This document shows positions 25,673-35,252 of a DNA stretch of 64,000 nt, one piece after another; position 1 is the first letter of the stretch, and each line of letters begins with the position of its first letter. Under the pieces are notes generated by a model. That model was not told where the DNA came from, searched no databases, and worked only from the letters and a program-made list of their open reading frames with translations. Both the position numbers and the translations under genes were made by a program. Origin of the DNA: Candidatus Zhuqueibacterota bacterium (GTDB taxonomy: Bacteria > Zhuqueibacterota > Zhuqueibacteria > Residuimicrobiales > Krinioviventaceae); NCBI GenBank assembly GCA_034505495.1, contig JAPDQV010000014.1, positions 4,967 through 68,966 of the forward strand, read 5' to 3'.

Positions 25673-26525
25673 ATTGTCGCAGTCGATTGAGTTCCGGATT
25701 GAGTCGGCAGTGGTATTCTTGATGAGCTTTTTCCTCGATCTCTTTATAGGCGCGCATACGCAGCATCATATTGTCGAAATCGACCAAATGGCCGTCGAAT
25801 TCCGGTCCGTCGACGCAGACGAACTTGGTCTCCTTGCCGACGGTTACGCGGCAGCCGCCGCACATGCCGGTGCCGTCCACCATGATCGTGTTGAGGGAAA
25901 CGACGATCGGCACGTTGAACTCGCGCGTAACCTCGGCGCAGGCCTTCATCATGATCGGCGGCCCGATGGCCACGACGAGATCGGGTTTGGCTCCTGCGCA
26001 CAGTCGACGCAGCGGCTCGGTCACCAGCCCTTTTTCACCGTAAGAGCCGTCGTCGGTGCAGATTAAAAGCTCGTCGGCAATGGCCTGCATCTCTTTTTCC
26101 AGGATCAACAGGCCGTGCGTGCGCGCTCCCAATATCACGATCAGCCGGTTGCCCGCCTGTTTCATGGCCTGGGCAATGGGGTAGAGCGGCGCCGCGCCGA
26201 TGCCGCCGCCGACGCAGACCACGGTGCCGAATCGTTCGATGTGCGTCGGCTTGCCCAACGGACCAAGAATATGACGAATTTCATCGCCGACTTGACGCTC
26301 CGCCAACAAATGGGTGGTCTTGCCGACGGTCTGGAAAATCAGCGTGATGGTGCCGGCCTCGGCATCGGCGTCGGCGATGGTGAGGGGAATGCGCTCCCCG
26401 TAATCGGAATCGAGCTGCAGGATGACAAACTGTCCGGGCCGACGCTCGCGCGCAATCAGCGGCGCTTCAACGACAAAGCGGAAAACTTCATCAGAAAGCT
26501 GTTCTTTGGCAATGATTCGATGCAT
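25659..26525 (-). CDS. nfnA: PyrK/FNR-like FAD + [2Fe-2S] subunit (NfnA/SudB type)
   Basis: Start trimmed to MHRIIAKEQLSDEVFRFVVEAPLIA (ATG at complement 26523..26525). Motifs: RRPGQFVILQ, IPLTIAD, VCVGGGIGAAPLYPIA, C-terminal CGGCRV Cys cluster. Confidence 0.75.
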   Translation of the reverse strand: MHRIIAKEQLSDEVFRFVVEAPLIARERRPGQFVILQLDSDYGERIPLTIADADAEAGTITLIFQTVGKTTHLLAERQVGDEIRHILGPLGKPTHIERFGTVVCVGGGIGAAPLYPIAQAMKQAGNRLIVILGARTHGLLILEKEMQAIADELLICTDDGSYGEKGLVTEPLRRLCAGAKPDLVVAIGPPIMMKACAEVTREFNVPIVVSLNTIMVDGTGMCGGCRVTVGKETKFVCVDGPEFDGHLVDFDNMMLRMRAYKEIEEKAHQEYHCRLNPELNRLRQYENT

Positions 26526-26979
26526 CAAATATCCGTCAGATGGGTTGAGACTCTTACTGTCATTGATAGAAAATAAATTATTAAATTTTTCGAAAATAAC
26601 AAACCCCTTGCAAAACATCATTGGAAAGCCCCTTAAAGCCGTCCAGTCGGCTGAAGCCGCCATGTGGAACGGACAAAAGACAGCGACAGTTTGATCGCTT
26701 CAGTATGGGCAAAAAGGGAGGGTGCTGTCGCTAAGGCAGGAGTGAAAAGTGAAAATCGGATTGCGGCAATAGCAGAAATGACAATGCAAAGTCGGACAGA
26801 ACCTGGAATGCCGGTATGCAGAATTTGGCGCCGGCTGAAGAAACCTCGGCAACTGTCTTGACGCCCGGGTCGCGTGCCGGACAGCCATGTCTCTTTCGAC
26901 AGGCCTGCCACTTTCCGCTTGCGGATGGCGCGGCATTCAACTATATTTTGCAAAATCCATTCAATCTCGTGGAGCAGAA

Positions 26980-28965
26980 ATGGAAACGAAAAAGAGCCTG
27001 CCGTCCAACGCTTATCGGCCGCTGCAGAATGGTGAAGAGTACCTGCCTGTGGTTCCGCCTGACGCCAAGTTACCGGAGGTGACCGCATGGTCCGTGGGGT
27101 GGGGGTTGTTTTTTGCGGCGCTGTTTTCGATGGCTGCCGCTTATTTGGGTCTCAAGATCGGACAGGTCTTTGAGGCCGCCATTCCCATTGCCATTCTTGC
27201 CGTCGGCTTGTCCGTATTTACCCGCCGCCGGAACGCTCTGTTGGAAAACGTCATCATTCAATCCATCGGCGCCGCTTCGGGCGTCGTCGTCGCCGGCGCC
27301 ATCTTTACCATACCGGCTCTCTACATTCTTGAACTGAACGCGAATTTTTGGCAGATTTTTCTCGCCTCGCTTTTCGGCGGCTGCCTGGGTATTCTGTTTC
27401 TCATTCCCTTCCGTCGCTATTTCGTCAAAGAAATGCATGGACATTTCCCCTTTCCGGAAGCGACGGCGACGACGGAAGTTTTGGTTGCCGGCGAGGCCGG
27501 CGGCGAGCAGGCCAAGCTGTTGCTGAAAGCCATGGCCGTCGGCGGTCTTTACGACTTTATCATCGGTACCTTCAACTGGTGGTCTGAAGTGTTTACCAGC
27601 CGCGCCGTACCCTTTTTGCGCCATGCGGCTGATCAGTTCAAGATGGTCTTTAGTCTTAACGTCGGTGCCGCAGTCATGGGCTTGGGCTATATCGTCGGTC
27701 TCCGCTATGCGGCAATCATCACCGCCGGATCGTTTCTCTCCTGGTTCGTCTTGGTGCCGCTGGTCTACTATTTCGGTCAGCACGCGCCGATGCTCATCGG
27801 CAGCACGGCGACGGCGCCGATCGGCGAGATGTCGGCCGAGCAGATCTTTTCCTTCTATGTCCGCCACATCGGCATCGGCGGGATCGCCGTGGCGGGATTG
27901 GTGGGTGTGCTCAAGTCCTCCAAGATCATTGTCGGCGCCGTAAAGCTGGCGGCGGGCGAGGTGCTTCATAAGGAGGACGGCAAGCCGCGCGCAACCGTGC
28001 GCACCGATCGCGATCTGCCCATGGCTTGGGTGGGAGCGCTGATCGTGCTGCTGATTGTCGCCGTTGGTCTCTTTTTTCAGTTCGGCGTCGTCCACCATGC
28101 CGGCCGCGCATTGGCGGCGCTGATCATCGTGTTGCTGATCGCTTTTCTCTTTACGACGGTTGCAGCACGGGCTATTGCCATTGTCGGCACCAACCCCGTC
28201 TCCGGCATGACCTTGATGACCCTCATTCTGGCGTCGATCGTCCTGACGCGGGTTGGCCTCTCCGGTCCTACGGGCATGGTTTCGGCGCTGATCATCGGCG
28301 GCGTGGTCTGCACGGCGCTGTCCATGGCCGGCGGCTTTATTACGGATCTCAAAATCGGCTATTGGCTGGGCGCTTCTCCCTACCAACAGGAACGTCTCAA
28401 GTTCCTAGGCACTCTTGTCGCTGCGGCTTCTGTAGGGCTGGTCATTCTCATGCTCAACAAAACCTACGGTTTTGTCGGCAAAAACGCTTTGGTGGCGCCG
28501 CAGGCCAACGCTATGGCGGCCGTGATCAAGCCGCTGATGTCCAACCAACCGGCTCCCTGGATGCTCTATGCCGTCGGCGGCATCCTGGCGCTGATTCTCG
28601 AAATGATCGGCATTCCGCCGCTGGCGTTTGCCTTGGGCATGTACATTCCGTTGTCGCTCAACACACCGCTGCTGGCGGGCGGATTGCTGTCGCATTGGGT
28701 GATCAAGAGCAGCGCCGACGCCGCCGTCTCGGACAAGCGCCGCGAGCGCGGCACGCTCATCGCTTCGGGATTCATAGCCGGGGGCGCCATTATGGGCGTT
28801 TTGTCCGCATTTCTCAAATACATCGGCTTTGAGCGCCTGACTTGGGCGCAGCGCCTCATTACGGCTCACTGGGCCGAAAGCTCCGGCGGGCAGATTCTCG
28901 GTTTGGTCATGTTTCTGCTCCTCTGCGGCTATCTCTACCGAACCGCCTGCAGAGAAAAGGATTGA
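26980..28965 (+). CDS. OPT-family oligopeptide transporter
   Basis: Start trimmed to METKKSLPSNAYRPLQNGEEYLP. Motifs: TAWSVGWGLFFAALFSMAAAYLGLKIGQVFEAAIP and HFPFPEATATTEVL. It has many TM segments and is ~660 aa. Confidence 0.75.
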   Translation: METKKSLPSNAYRPLQNGEEYLPVVPPDAKLPEVTAWSVGWGLFFAALFSMAAAYLGLKIGQVFEAAIPIAILAVGLSVFTRRRNALLENVIIQSIGAASGVVVAGAIFTIPALYILELNANFWQIFLASLFGGCLGILFLIPFRRYFVKEMHGHFPFPEATATTEVLVAGEAGGEQAKLLLKAMAVGGLYDFIIGTFNWWSEVFTSRAVPFLRHAADQFKMVFSLNVGAAVMGLGYIVGLRYAAIITAGSFLSWFVLVPLVYYFGQHAPMLIGSTATAPIGEMSAEQIFSFYVRHIGIGGIAVAGLVGVLKSSKIIVGAVKLAAGEVLHKEDGKPRATVRTDRDLPMAWVGALIVLLIVAVGLFFQFGVVHHAGRALAALIIVLLIAFLFTTVAARAIAIVGTNPVSGMTLMTLILASIVLTRVGLSGPTGMVSALIIGGVVCTALSMAGGFITDLKIGYWLGASPYQQERLKFLGTLVAAASVGLVILMLNKTYGFVGKNALVAPQANAMAAVIKPLMSNQPAPWMLYAVGGILALILEMIGIPPLAFALGMYIPLSLNTPLLAGGLLSHWVIKSSADAAVSDKRRERGTLIASGFIAGGAIMGVLSAFLKYIGFERLTWAQRLITAHWAESSGGQILGLVMFLLLCGYLYRTACREKD

Positions 28966-29012
28966 TTCGCGCCGAACGGCGGACAGAGCGAAAGCCACGG
29001 TATAGGAAAGAA

Positions 29013-30083
29013 GTGACGATCGTCTTTTATATTTCCGGCCACGGTTACGGACATGCCGTGCGCGATATCGAAATCATCAAAGAACTGCTGCGACAACGGC
29101 CGGATGCGGTCGTGCACGTGCGCACCGCCGCCTGGCCGCAGTTGTTCGACAAACTGCCGAAGCATCGCGTCGTCTATCATCGGCGCGAGCTGGATTTCGG
29201 CATCAAACAGCCGAACAGTTTCGACGTCGACTGTGAAGCTACTCTGCTCGCTTATGCTGAACTGATCCGTGTCAAAGAGCGGCTGATAAGCGAAGAGATT
29301 GCGTTTCTGCACTCGGTTGCGGCCGACTTGATCGTCAGCGACATCACCCCCTTTGCATTCGACGCCGCCGCCGGTTACGGCAAACCTGCGACGGCCGTCG
29401 GCAATTTCTCTTGGGACTGGATCTATGCCGATTATGTCGCCCGCATGCCGCAATACGCCTTTGTCGTGGAAGACATTCGCGCTTCCTATCGACAAGCGGC
29501 AAGGCTGCTTCGCCTGCCGTTTTACGGAGACATGTCCGCTTTTGCTCAGATCGAAGACGTTCCTTTGGTGGCGCGCTTGGCCGAACGAAGCGGTACCGAG
29601 GTTCGCCGGCTGGCCGGGATGACGTCCGATGAACCCTATCTCATGCTCGGCCTGCGCATGGCCGACATGGAAAGCGTCGAATGGCGGCGTTTGGATGAAG
29701 AGCTGTCGGCAATCAGCGTCGCCGTCGGCCGTGACGTGCCGCTGCAGCGCTGCCTGCGGTTGGACGAGCAATCGTTGACGTTCGAAGAAATCCTGGCCGC
29801 CTGCGATGCGGTGCTTTCCAAGCCCGGCTACAGCATGGTTGCAGAGTCGTTGGCCAACCGAACGCCGCTGCTCTACGTCCGGCGCCGCGACAACGCCGAG
29901 GATGCGGCGCTCATCGACGGCCTGCAGCGTTACGGTGTCTGCGAAGAGCTGGCTTGGGATGATTTTCTTGCCGGCCGCTGGTGCGATGCGCTGCGGCGTC
30001 TGCTCAATAAACCGCAGAACTGGCCGCCTCTGCGCATCGACGGCGCCGCCGTCATCGCTGAAAAGCTTTTATCGAATCGCTAA
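29013..30083 (+). CDS. GT-B fold glycosyltransferase-like protein (GT28/arabinokinase N-domain-like)
   Basis: A GTG start at 29013 follows AGGAAAG; the longer track ORF overlaps the OPT gene. The N-terminus VTIVFYISGHGYGHAVRDIEIIKEL is characteristic of this family. SKPGYSMVAES lies in the C-terminal lobe. Confidence 0.55.
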   Translation: MTIVFYISGHGYGHAVRDIEIIKELLRQRPDAVVHVRTAAWPQLFDKLPKHRVVYHRRELDFGIKQPNSFDVDCEATLLAYAELIRVKERLISEEIAFLHSVAADLIVSDITPFAFDAAAGYGKPATAVGNFSWDWIYADYVARMPQYAFVVEDIRASYRQAARLLRLPFYGDMSAFAQIEDVPLVARLAERSGTEVRRLAGMTSDEPYLMLGLRMADMESVEWRRLDEELSAISVAVGRDVPLQRCLRLDEQSLTFEEILAACDAVLSKPGYSMVAESLANRTPLLYVRRRDNAEDAALIDGLQRYGVCEELAWDDFLAGRWCDALRRLLNKPQNWPPLRIDGAAVIAEKLLSNR

Positions 30084-30101
30084 CTCACTGCAAACATCGC
30101 G

Positions 30102-31424
30102 ATGGATCCGGTAAGCATCATCTTCCGCAAACGCAACGGCGAAAAGCTGACGCGGGAAGAGATCGACTATTTCATCGCCGGTTATTGCCGCGACCGCATT
30201 CCCGATTATCAGGCGGCGGCATTGCTTATGGCGATTTTTTTGCGGGGAATGGACTTTGAAGAGACCGCCGCACTGACCGCCGCGATGCTCGAATCCGGCG
30301 CGCGCCTCGATCTCCGCGGCATCGCGGCGCCCAAGATCGACAAGCACAGCACCGGCGGCGTCGGCGACAAGGTCTCGCTGATCCTGGCGCCGCTGATGGC
30401 GTCGGCGGGGCTGTGCGTGCCGATGATCTCCGGCCGCGGCCTCGGCCACACTGGCGGCACGCTCGACAAACTGGAAGCCATTCCCGGCTTCCGCACGCGC
30501 CTGAGCCTCGAAGAGTTCTGTCGTCAACTCGAAACCATCGGTGTAGCCATCGTCGGGCAAAGTGAACAGATCGTTCCGGCCGACAGAAAATTGTACGCCC
30601 TGCGCGACGCTACGGCCACCATCGAGTCGATGCCCCTGATCACCGCCAGCATTCTCAGCAAGAAACTGGCCGAGGATCTCGACGGTTTGGTAATGGACAT
30701 CAAGACCGGCAGCGGCGCGTTCATGCGCACCTATGAGGAAGCAAAGACCCTGGCCGAGCTGATCATCCGCACCGCGGCGCTGAACGGCCTACGGACGCGC
30801 GTCGTCATCACGCGCATGGACGAACCGCTCGGCCGCGCCGTGGGCAGTTGGCTGGAGGTGAAGGAAGCGTGCGAGTGCCTGCAGGGAAAGGGACCGAAAG
30901 ATGTGCTGGAGGTCACTTTGGCGCTGGGCGCCGAGATGCTGATTTTGGCCGAGCGCTGCGCCGATCAGGAAGAAGCGAAGGCGCTGCAGATGCGGCTTTT
31001 GGAATGCGGCGCCGCGTGGGAATGGTTCAGCCGCATGGTCAAGGCGCAGGGGGGCAACGTCGACTACCTGCTCTTGCCGGACAAATACCCGAGCAGCCGC
31101 ATCATCGAAACCATCACTGCTGATCGGAGCGGTTGGGTGGGCAGAATCGACGCTCTGGCAATCGGTAAAGCGGTGGTCAAGTTGGGCGGCGGTCGCTATG
31201 TCATGGAAGATCAAATCGATCACAAAGCCGGCATTCTGCTGAATGTTCAAGTCGGCAGCCGCGTTAAAGCGGGACAGCCGCTGGCGACGCTTTTTACCGA
31301 TCGCCTGAGCGCTTTCGAGGAGGGCGCGGCGCTCGCCAAAACCGCTTTTACCATCGTCGAGTCCGCGCCGCAAAAGAGACAATTGATCGTCGATGTTTTC
31401 AGTGAGGAGAGTTGGAGAGAATAA
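30102..31424 (+). CDS. deoA: Thymidine/pyrimidine-nucleoside phosphorylase
   Basis: 440 aa. Motifs: KRNGEKLTREEIDYFIAGY, IPDYQAAALLMAIFLRGM, DKHSTGGVGDKVSLILAPL, SGRGLGHTGGTLDKLE. Confidence 0.92.
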   Translation: MDPVSIIFRKRNGEKLTREEIDYFIAGYCRDRIPDYQAAALLMAIFLRGMDFEETAALTAAMLESGARLDLRGIAAPKIDKHSTGGVGDKVSLILAPLMASAGLCVPMISGRGLGHTGGTLDKLEAIPGFRTRLSLEEFCRQLETIGVAIVGQSEQIVPADRKLYALRDATATIESMPLITASILSKKLAEDLDGLVMDIKTGSGAFMRTYEEAKTLAELIIRTAALNGLRTRVVITRMDEPLGRAVGSWLEVKEACECLQGKGPKDVLEVTLALGAEMLILAERCADQEEAKALQMRLLECGAAWEWFSRMVKAQGGNVDYLLLPDKYPSSRIIETITADRSGWVGRIDALAIGKAVVKLGGGRYVMEDQIDHKAGILLNVQVGSRVKAGQPLATLFTDRLSAFEEGAALAKTAFTIVESAPQKRQLIVDVFSEESWRE

Positions 31425-31973
31425 ATGGAGTTTATTCGTACCGAAATCCCCGATGTGCTGGTGATCAAACCGCGAGTATTTGCGGATGCCCGCGGCTATT
31501 TCATGGAAACGTACCGCAGCGATCTCTTTGCTGCTCAAGGTCTGCCCACCGAATTTGTCCAGGACAATATGAGCAGTTCAGTAAAAGGCACGCTGCGCGG
31601 GCTGCACTACCAATTGGCTCCTCATGCGCAGGGAAAGTTGGTGAGGGTGCTGCGCGGTGCGGTCTATGACGTCGCCGTGGATCTGCGCCGCGCTTCGCCG
31701 ACTTTTGGAAAATGGGTCGGTGTGCTGCTCAGCGAGGAAAACCGTCTCTCCATGTTTATCCCTGAAGGATTCGCGCACGGATTTTACGTACTCAGCGACA
31801 CGGCGGAATTTCATTACAAGTGCACTCGCCTCTATGCGCCGCAAGCCGAGAGGGGCATTATTTGGAACGATCCCGACTTGGCCGTAGAATGGCCGATTCA
31901 GGGCAATGAAATCATCCTTTCACCCCGCGACGCCGCCAATCCGCGTTTTCAGGACGCTGAGATGAATTTTTAA
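31425..31973 (+). CDS. rfbC: dTDP-4-dehydrorhamnose 3,5-epimerase
   Basis: 182 aa. Motifs: IPDVLVIKPRVFADARGYFMETY, GTLRGLHYQ, KLVRVLRGAVYDVAVDLR, IPEGFAHGF. The ATG directly abuts the deoA stop. Confidence 0.92.
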   Translation: MEFIRTEIPDVLVIKPRVFADARGYFMETYRSDLFAAQGLPTEFVQDNMSSSVKGTLRGLHYQLAPHAQGKLVRVLRGAVYDVAVDLRRASPTFGKWVGVLLSEENRLSMFIPEGFAHGFYVLSDTAEFHYKCTRLYAPQAERGIIWNDPDLAVEWPIQGNEIILSPRDAANPRFQDAEMNF

Positions 31974-32086
31974 GGTCATGCTGTAAGAGCTGTCCCCAAA
32001 GTTGTTGCATTGTAAAGCCTGCCGAATAGACTGCACCTGAAATGATCGGCTACCCAAAAGCACTTCAGGAGACCGAAAATCTTTAT

Positions 32087-34303
32087 TCAGATAAACACTT
32101 TGAGCAGCAAGTTTGCGCTGCGGCCCTGCTCCGGCATAATCTCCCGCACCCGATTGAGATGCCGGCGGTAGACCGTGTCGAACAGATTGGTTAGCGATAG
32201 GGAGAACACACAGAGCGTTTTGCCGACGGTTGCCGTGCGGTAGGCGCTCAGGTCCCACACCGCATAGCCGGCCGTTGGTGCTTCGAACGGCCCAAGGCGT
32301 CTTTGCGGCGCCGCAGCGCGCAGCGCAATACTGAAATCCCAACCGTCGGTCGCAAGACCAATATTGATTTTGCCCTCAGCCGGCGGAATGTACGGCAGGG
32401 GTGCGCCCGTGCCCGCCAGGCTGCCTTTAACCGTGCTGAAGGTGCCTGCAACATGGAAGCGCTGAAGAATCGGCAAATGAAACGACAGTTCGACGCCGCT
32501 CAGCAGAGCGTGAACACCGACGAATCGATAGACATACAGATCGGCCCGCTGCCAACTTTTTTCTCCCGTGTTTTGCGGAAAGACATACCCCCGAATGTCG
32601 TTGTGATAGAAAGCAAGACGAAGGAATGCATCCTCACGCTTGAGTTCGCCGAACAGTTCCGCGCCGAAGGCGATTTCCTTTTTCAAGTCGGCGTTGCCGA
32701 TTTCATAGCTGTAGGCGGCCAAATGCGGCCCCTCCGAGAACAGCTCCTGCGGCATAGGCGCGCGCCAGGTGCGCATGAGATGAACCCCGATCGTGCCGTA
32801 AGGGGCAAGACGATAATGAGGGGAAAAACCTGCTGAAACTCCCTGAAACTGCCGCTTCCGGATCATGCCGACATAAGGAGAGAGTCGTTCCTGTTGGGGG
32901 GTGACGGACAGGGCATCGAATCGCGCGGCGCCGTGCAGCAGCAGTCGTCCATATTCGATTTCCTGATAATAAAAACCGCCGAACCTTTCCTCGACCGTAT
33001 TTGGAGTAAAACTGAGCCCGGCCGACGCCAAGTCGCGCGTCGACAACTGCATGCCGACGATGCCTTTGTTCGCTCTGCCCATCGGCTTGACCCGGCCTTC
33101 CCAGTTTGCCTCGTAGGCAATCTGACCGAACTCGACGCCCAACTTGCCGTTTTTTTCGAACTCGAAATGACGATAGAGCGTACGGCGAACGGTAAGCTCG
33201 TGAGACGCCAGGAATGCAACCGGTTGTCGAAATGCGGCATGCATTTCCTGCGCCGAGCGCTCGAGTCGAATACGCACACCGGACGGGTGCCCGCCTTTGG
33301 GATCGGGAGGAATGCCGTACTGCGAAAGATAGCCGATGCCCGCTGCCCCGACGCTTCCCCATTTTTCGACCAGCGATAGCCCGGCAGAATAGGTTTGCGT
33401 GGTGAGATCCGTGTTGATCAATTTCCCAAGCGGCGTGCGCATGTCATCAGACCGGCGGCGACTGTAATCAAAGTGCCATGCCGTTGAGCGCAGAGAACCG
33501 GAAAATTCGGCGCCGAGCGCCGCTGCTGAGGAGGCGCTCTCTCCTTGGATGATGATTGAGCCGGTTAAAGGCGACTTTTGCGTCGGCACGGCCCTGCGGG
33601 CGACGTTGATGACGCCCGCAAGGGTTTGGGTGCCGTAAATCAAGGCTTCGGGCCCGCGGATGATCTCGATGTGCTGGGCCGTCAGCGGTTCAATGGCTAC
33701 GGCGTGGTCGGATGAAGTCGCCGATAGATCACCCGCCTGCTGTCGATCTTCGAGAATCAGCAGTCGGTCGCTGCTCAAACCGCGCAGCACCGGCCTCGCC
33801 GGTGCGGGTCCCATGGTGCGCTGCGATATGCCGGGCTCATAGTCTATCGTCTGCGCAATCGTTTTGCCCAGCGCCTGATGCAGCTTTCTGTCCGAAAAAA
33901 GAATGTCCGGCTCGACCGGCGACTCTGTGTCGCCCCGCTTCGCCTCAACGGTCACCCCGCCGAGATGAATGACGGCGCGCTGCAGCTCCAGCGTGATGCG
34001 CATCGTGTCATTGCCGATCTCCACCGGCTGCGTGACTTCCGTGTAGCCGATGCGAAAGGTGCGCAGCGTGTACCTTCCGGCCGGAAGATCCGGCAGGCGA
34101 AACGTGCCGTCGAGGCCGGCTGTCGCGGAACGGTTGGCCTCGACCAACAGAATGTTGGTAAACTCGACCGGTCGACCGGTTTCCCGCTCGATCACTCGTC
34201 CGATCAACTCACCGGCAAAAGAAGACGGGACGATCCCTATTAGGAAAAGCGGCACGGCGACGGTGATCGATTGAAACGCCGTGCCGAGTTTGCGCAAGAT
34301 CAT
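32087..34303 (-). CDS. TonB-dependent outer-membrane receptor with N-terminal CarboxypepD_reg domain
   Basis: Start trimmed to MILRKLGTAFQ... (ATG at complement 34301..34303). GRVIERETGRPVEFTNILLVE...GTFRLPDLPAGRYTLRTFRIGY is the CarboxypepD_reg domain. The plug domain carries IEIIRGPEALIYGTQTLAGVINV. A long beta-barrel follows. Confidence 0.85.
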   Translation of the reverse strand: MILRKLGTAFQSITVAVPLFLIGIVPSSFAGELIGRVIERETGRPVEFTNILLVEANRSATAGLDGTFRLPDLPAGRYTLRTFRIGYTEVTQPVEIGNDTMRITLELQRAVIHLGGVTVEAKRGDTESPVEPDILFSDRKLHQALGKTIAQTIDYEPGISQRTMGPAPARPVLRGLSSDRLLILEDRQQAGDLSATSSDHAVAIEPLTAQHIEIIRGPEALIYGTQTLAGVINVARRAVPTQKSPLTGSIIIQGESASSAAALGAEFSGSLRSTAWHFDYSRRRSDDMRTPLGKLINTDLTTQTYSAGLSLVEKWGSVGAAGIGYLSQYGIPPDPKGGHPSGVRIRLERSAQEMHAAFRQPVAFLASHELTVRRTLYRHFEFEKNGKLGVEFGQIAYEANWEGRVKPMGRANKGIVGMQLSTRDLASAGLSFTPNTVEERFGGFYYQEIEYGRLLLHGAARFDALSVTPQQERLSPYVGMIRKRQFQGVSAGFSPHYRLAPYGTIGVHLMRTWRAPMPQELFSEGPHLAAYSYEIGNADLKKEIAFGAELFGELKREDAFLRLAFYHNDIRGYVFPQNTGEKSWQRADLYVYRFVGVHALLSGVELSFHLPILQRFHVAGTFSTVKGSLAGTGAPLPYIPPAEGKINIGLATDGWDFSIALRAAAPQRRLGPFEAPTAGYAVWDLSAYRTATVGKTLCVFSLSLTNLFDTVYRRHLNRVREIMPEQGRSANLLLKVFI

Positions 34304-34313
34304 GAGGATTTTC

Positions 34314-34790
34314 TTATAAACCGCCGCCGTCCGAAGTAACGGTAACGGGAATGTCCAGCGAAACAAAGTCGGCATGATCGCCGTGCAGTACTTTAAAAAT
34401 GAATACCGTACTGCCTGCTTGGAACCCTTTTACTCTGAACGCCCATCGACCGTCGATTTGATATTGGATAATGTCGGCAATTTCCGGATGCTTGGATTCC
34501 CAGGCAAAAACATACTCCTGCTCATTGGGCTGAAAAAGATCGCCGTCTTCGGCAATGAGATAAAACTGCATGGCGGGTGTTTCGGTTCGCTGTTTAACGG
34601 ACAAGGAACCGGTCACCTTGTTTTTTTCGGCGCGAACCAGCTCGTTTTCATTCAGTTTGATGACGCAGCCGACCGCGCGCGTATGTTCTCCATGATCATG
34701 ATCCGAAACCGGATTCTTTTCTCTGCTGCAGCCGGCAAATATCGAGACCACAAAGGCTGAAATGCCGATAAAAAAGTAAAGTCTGGACAT
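34314..34790 (-). CDS. Lipoprotein with His-rich N-terminal segment (function unknown; metal binding suspected)
   Basis: 158 aa with a lipobox (VSIFAGC). DHDHGEHTR follows the lipidated Cys, and HGDHADF lies near the C-terminus. It is immediately upstream of the TonB receptor. Confidence 0.55.
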   Translation of the reverse strand: MSRLYFFIGISAFVVSIFAGCSREKNPVSDHDHGEHTRAVGCVIKLNENELVRAEKNKVTGSLSVKQRTETPAMQFYLIAEDGDLFQPNEQEYVFAWESKHPEIADIIQYQIDGRWAFRVKGFQAGSTVFIFKVLHGDHADFVSLDIPVTVTSDGGGL

Positions 34791-34928
34791 GGTTGCTCTC
34801 CTTGTAAGAGTTCTGGATTAATTTCGAGCGCTTTCAATGAGATGGTTTTAAGCGCAAAAAGTTCCCTCTACGCCTATTCTTATAGATCGCGGCCTCGAAA
34901 GGAAAAAAAGTTATTATGACGACGAGCT

Positions 34929-35252
34929 TTAAAATTCGAAAATTGGGGGAGCGCGTGTCTTTTGAGACTGCGGAATGATCGAAACGGCAAGGGTATAGTC
35001 GATATCAGGGAAAAAGTTCGTATGCCGAAAATAGATGACAAAGACGATGGAGACGAACAGAGCTGTACTGAGAATCGCCTGCAGCTGATGCGCCGGACAG
35101 TCATAATGCTCGTAAAAGTCGGCATCGTGATTGTGGAGCAGTTCGGCTCCGGAAGCAATCAATAACAGCAGCAGGGCAAGGGTTCCGGCCGCCCCTCTAA
35201 AAATTGCTGAATTAAGCAGCTTCAAGTGTCGACCTCGTTGCCGCTCCTTCAT
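34929..35252 (-). CDS. Small membrane protein (107 aa) with His/Cys-rich loop HNHDADFYEHYDCPAH
   Basis: The internal ATG at complement(35250..35252) gives an ATGA overlap with the SWIM-protein stop. Two hydrophobic segments flank the His/Cys motif. Confidence 0.45.
   Translation of the reverse strand: MKERQRGRHLKLLNSAIFRGAAGTLALLLLLIASGAELLHNHDADFYEHYDCPAHQLQAILSTALFVSIVFVIYFRHTNFFPDIDYTLAVSIIPQSQKTRAPPIFEF

Noticed and set aside
27070-28386. 438-aa minus-strand ORF
   Set aside because: It is antisense to the OPT transporter gene. The product is highly charged and low-complexity (Arg/Asp/Gly/His runs).
28842-29012. N-terminal extension of the glycosyltransferase-like ORF
   Set aside because: It overlaps the 3' end of the OPT gene and is Arg-rich. 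A GTG preceded by AGGAAAG at 29013 gives the family-typical N-terminus.
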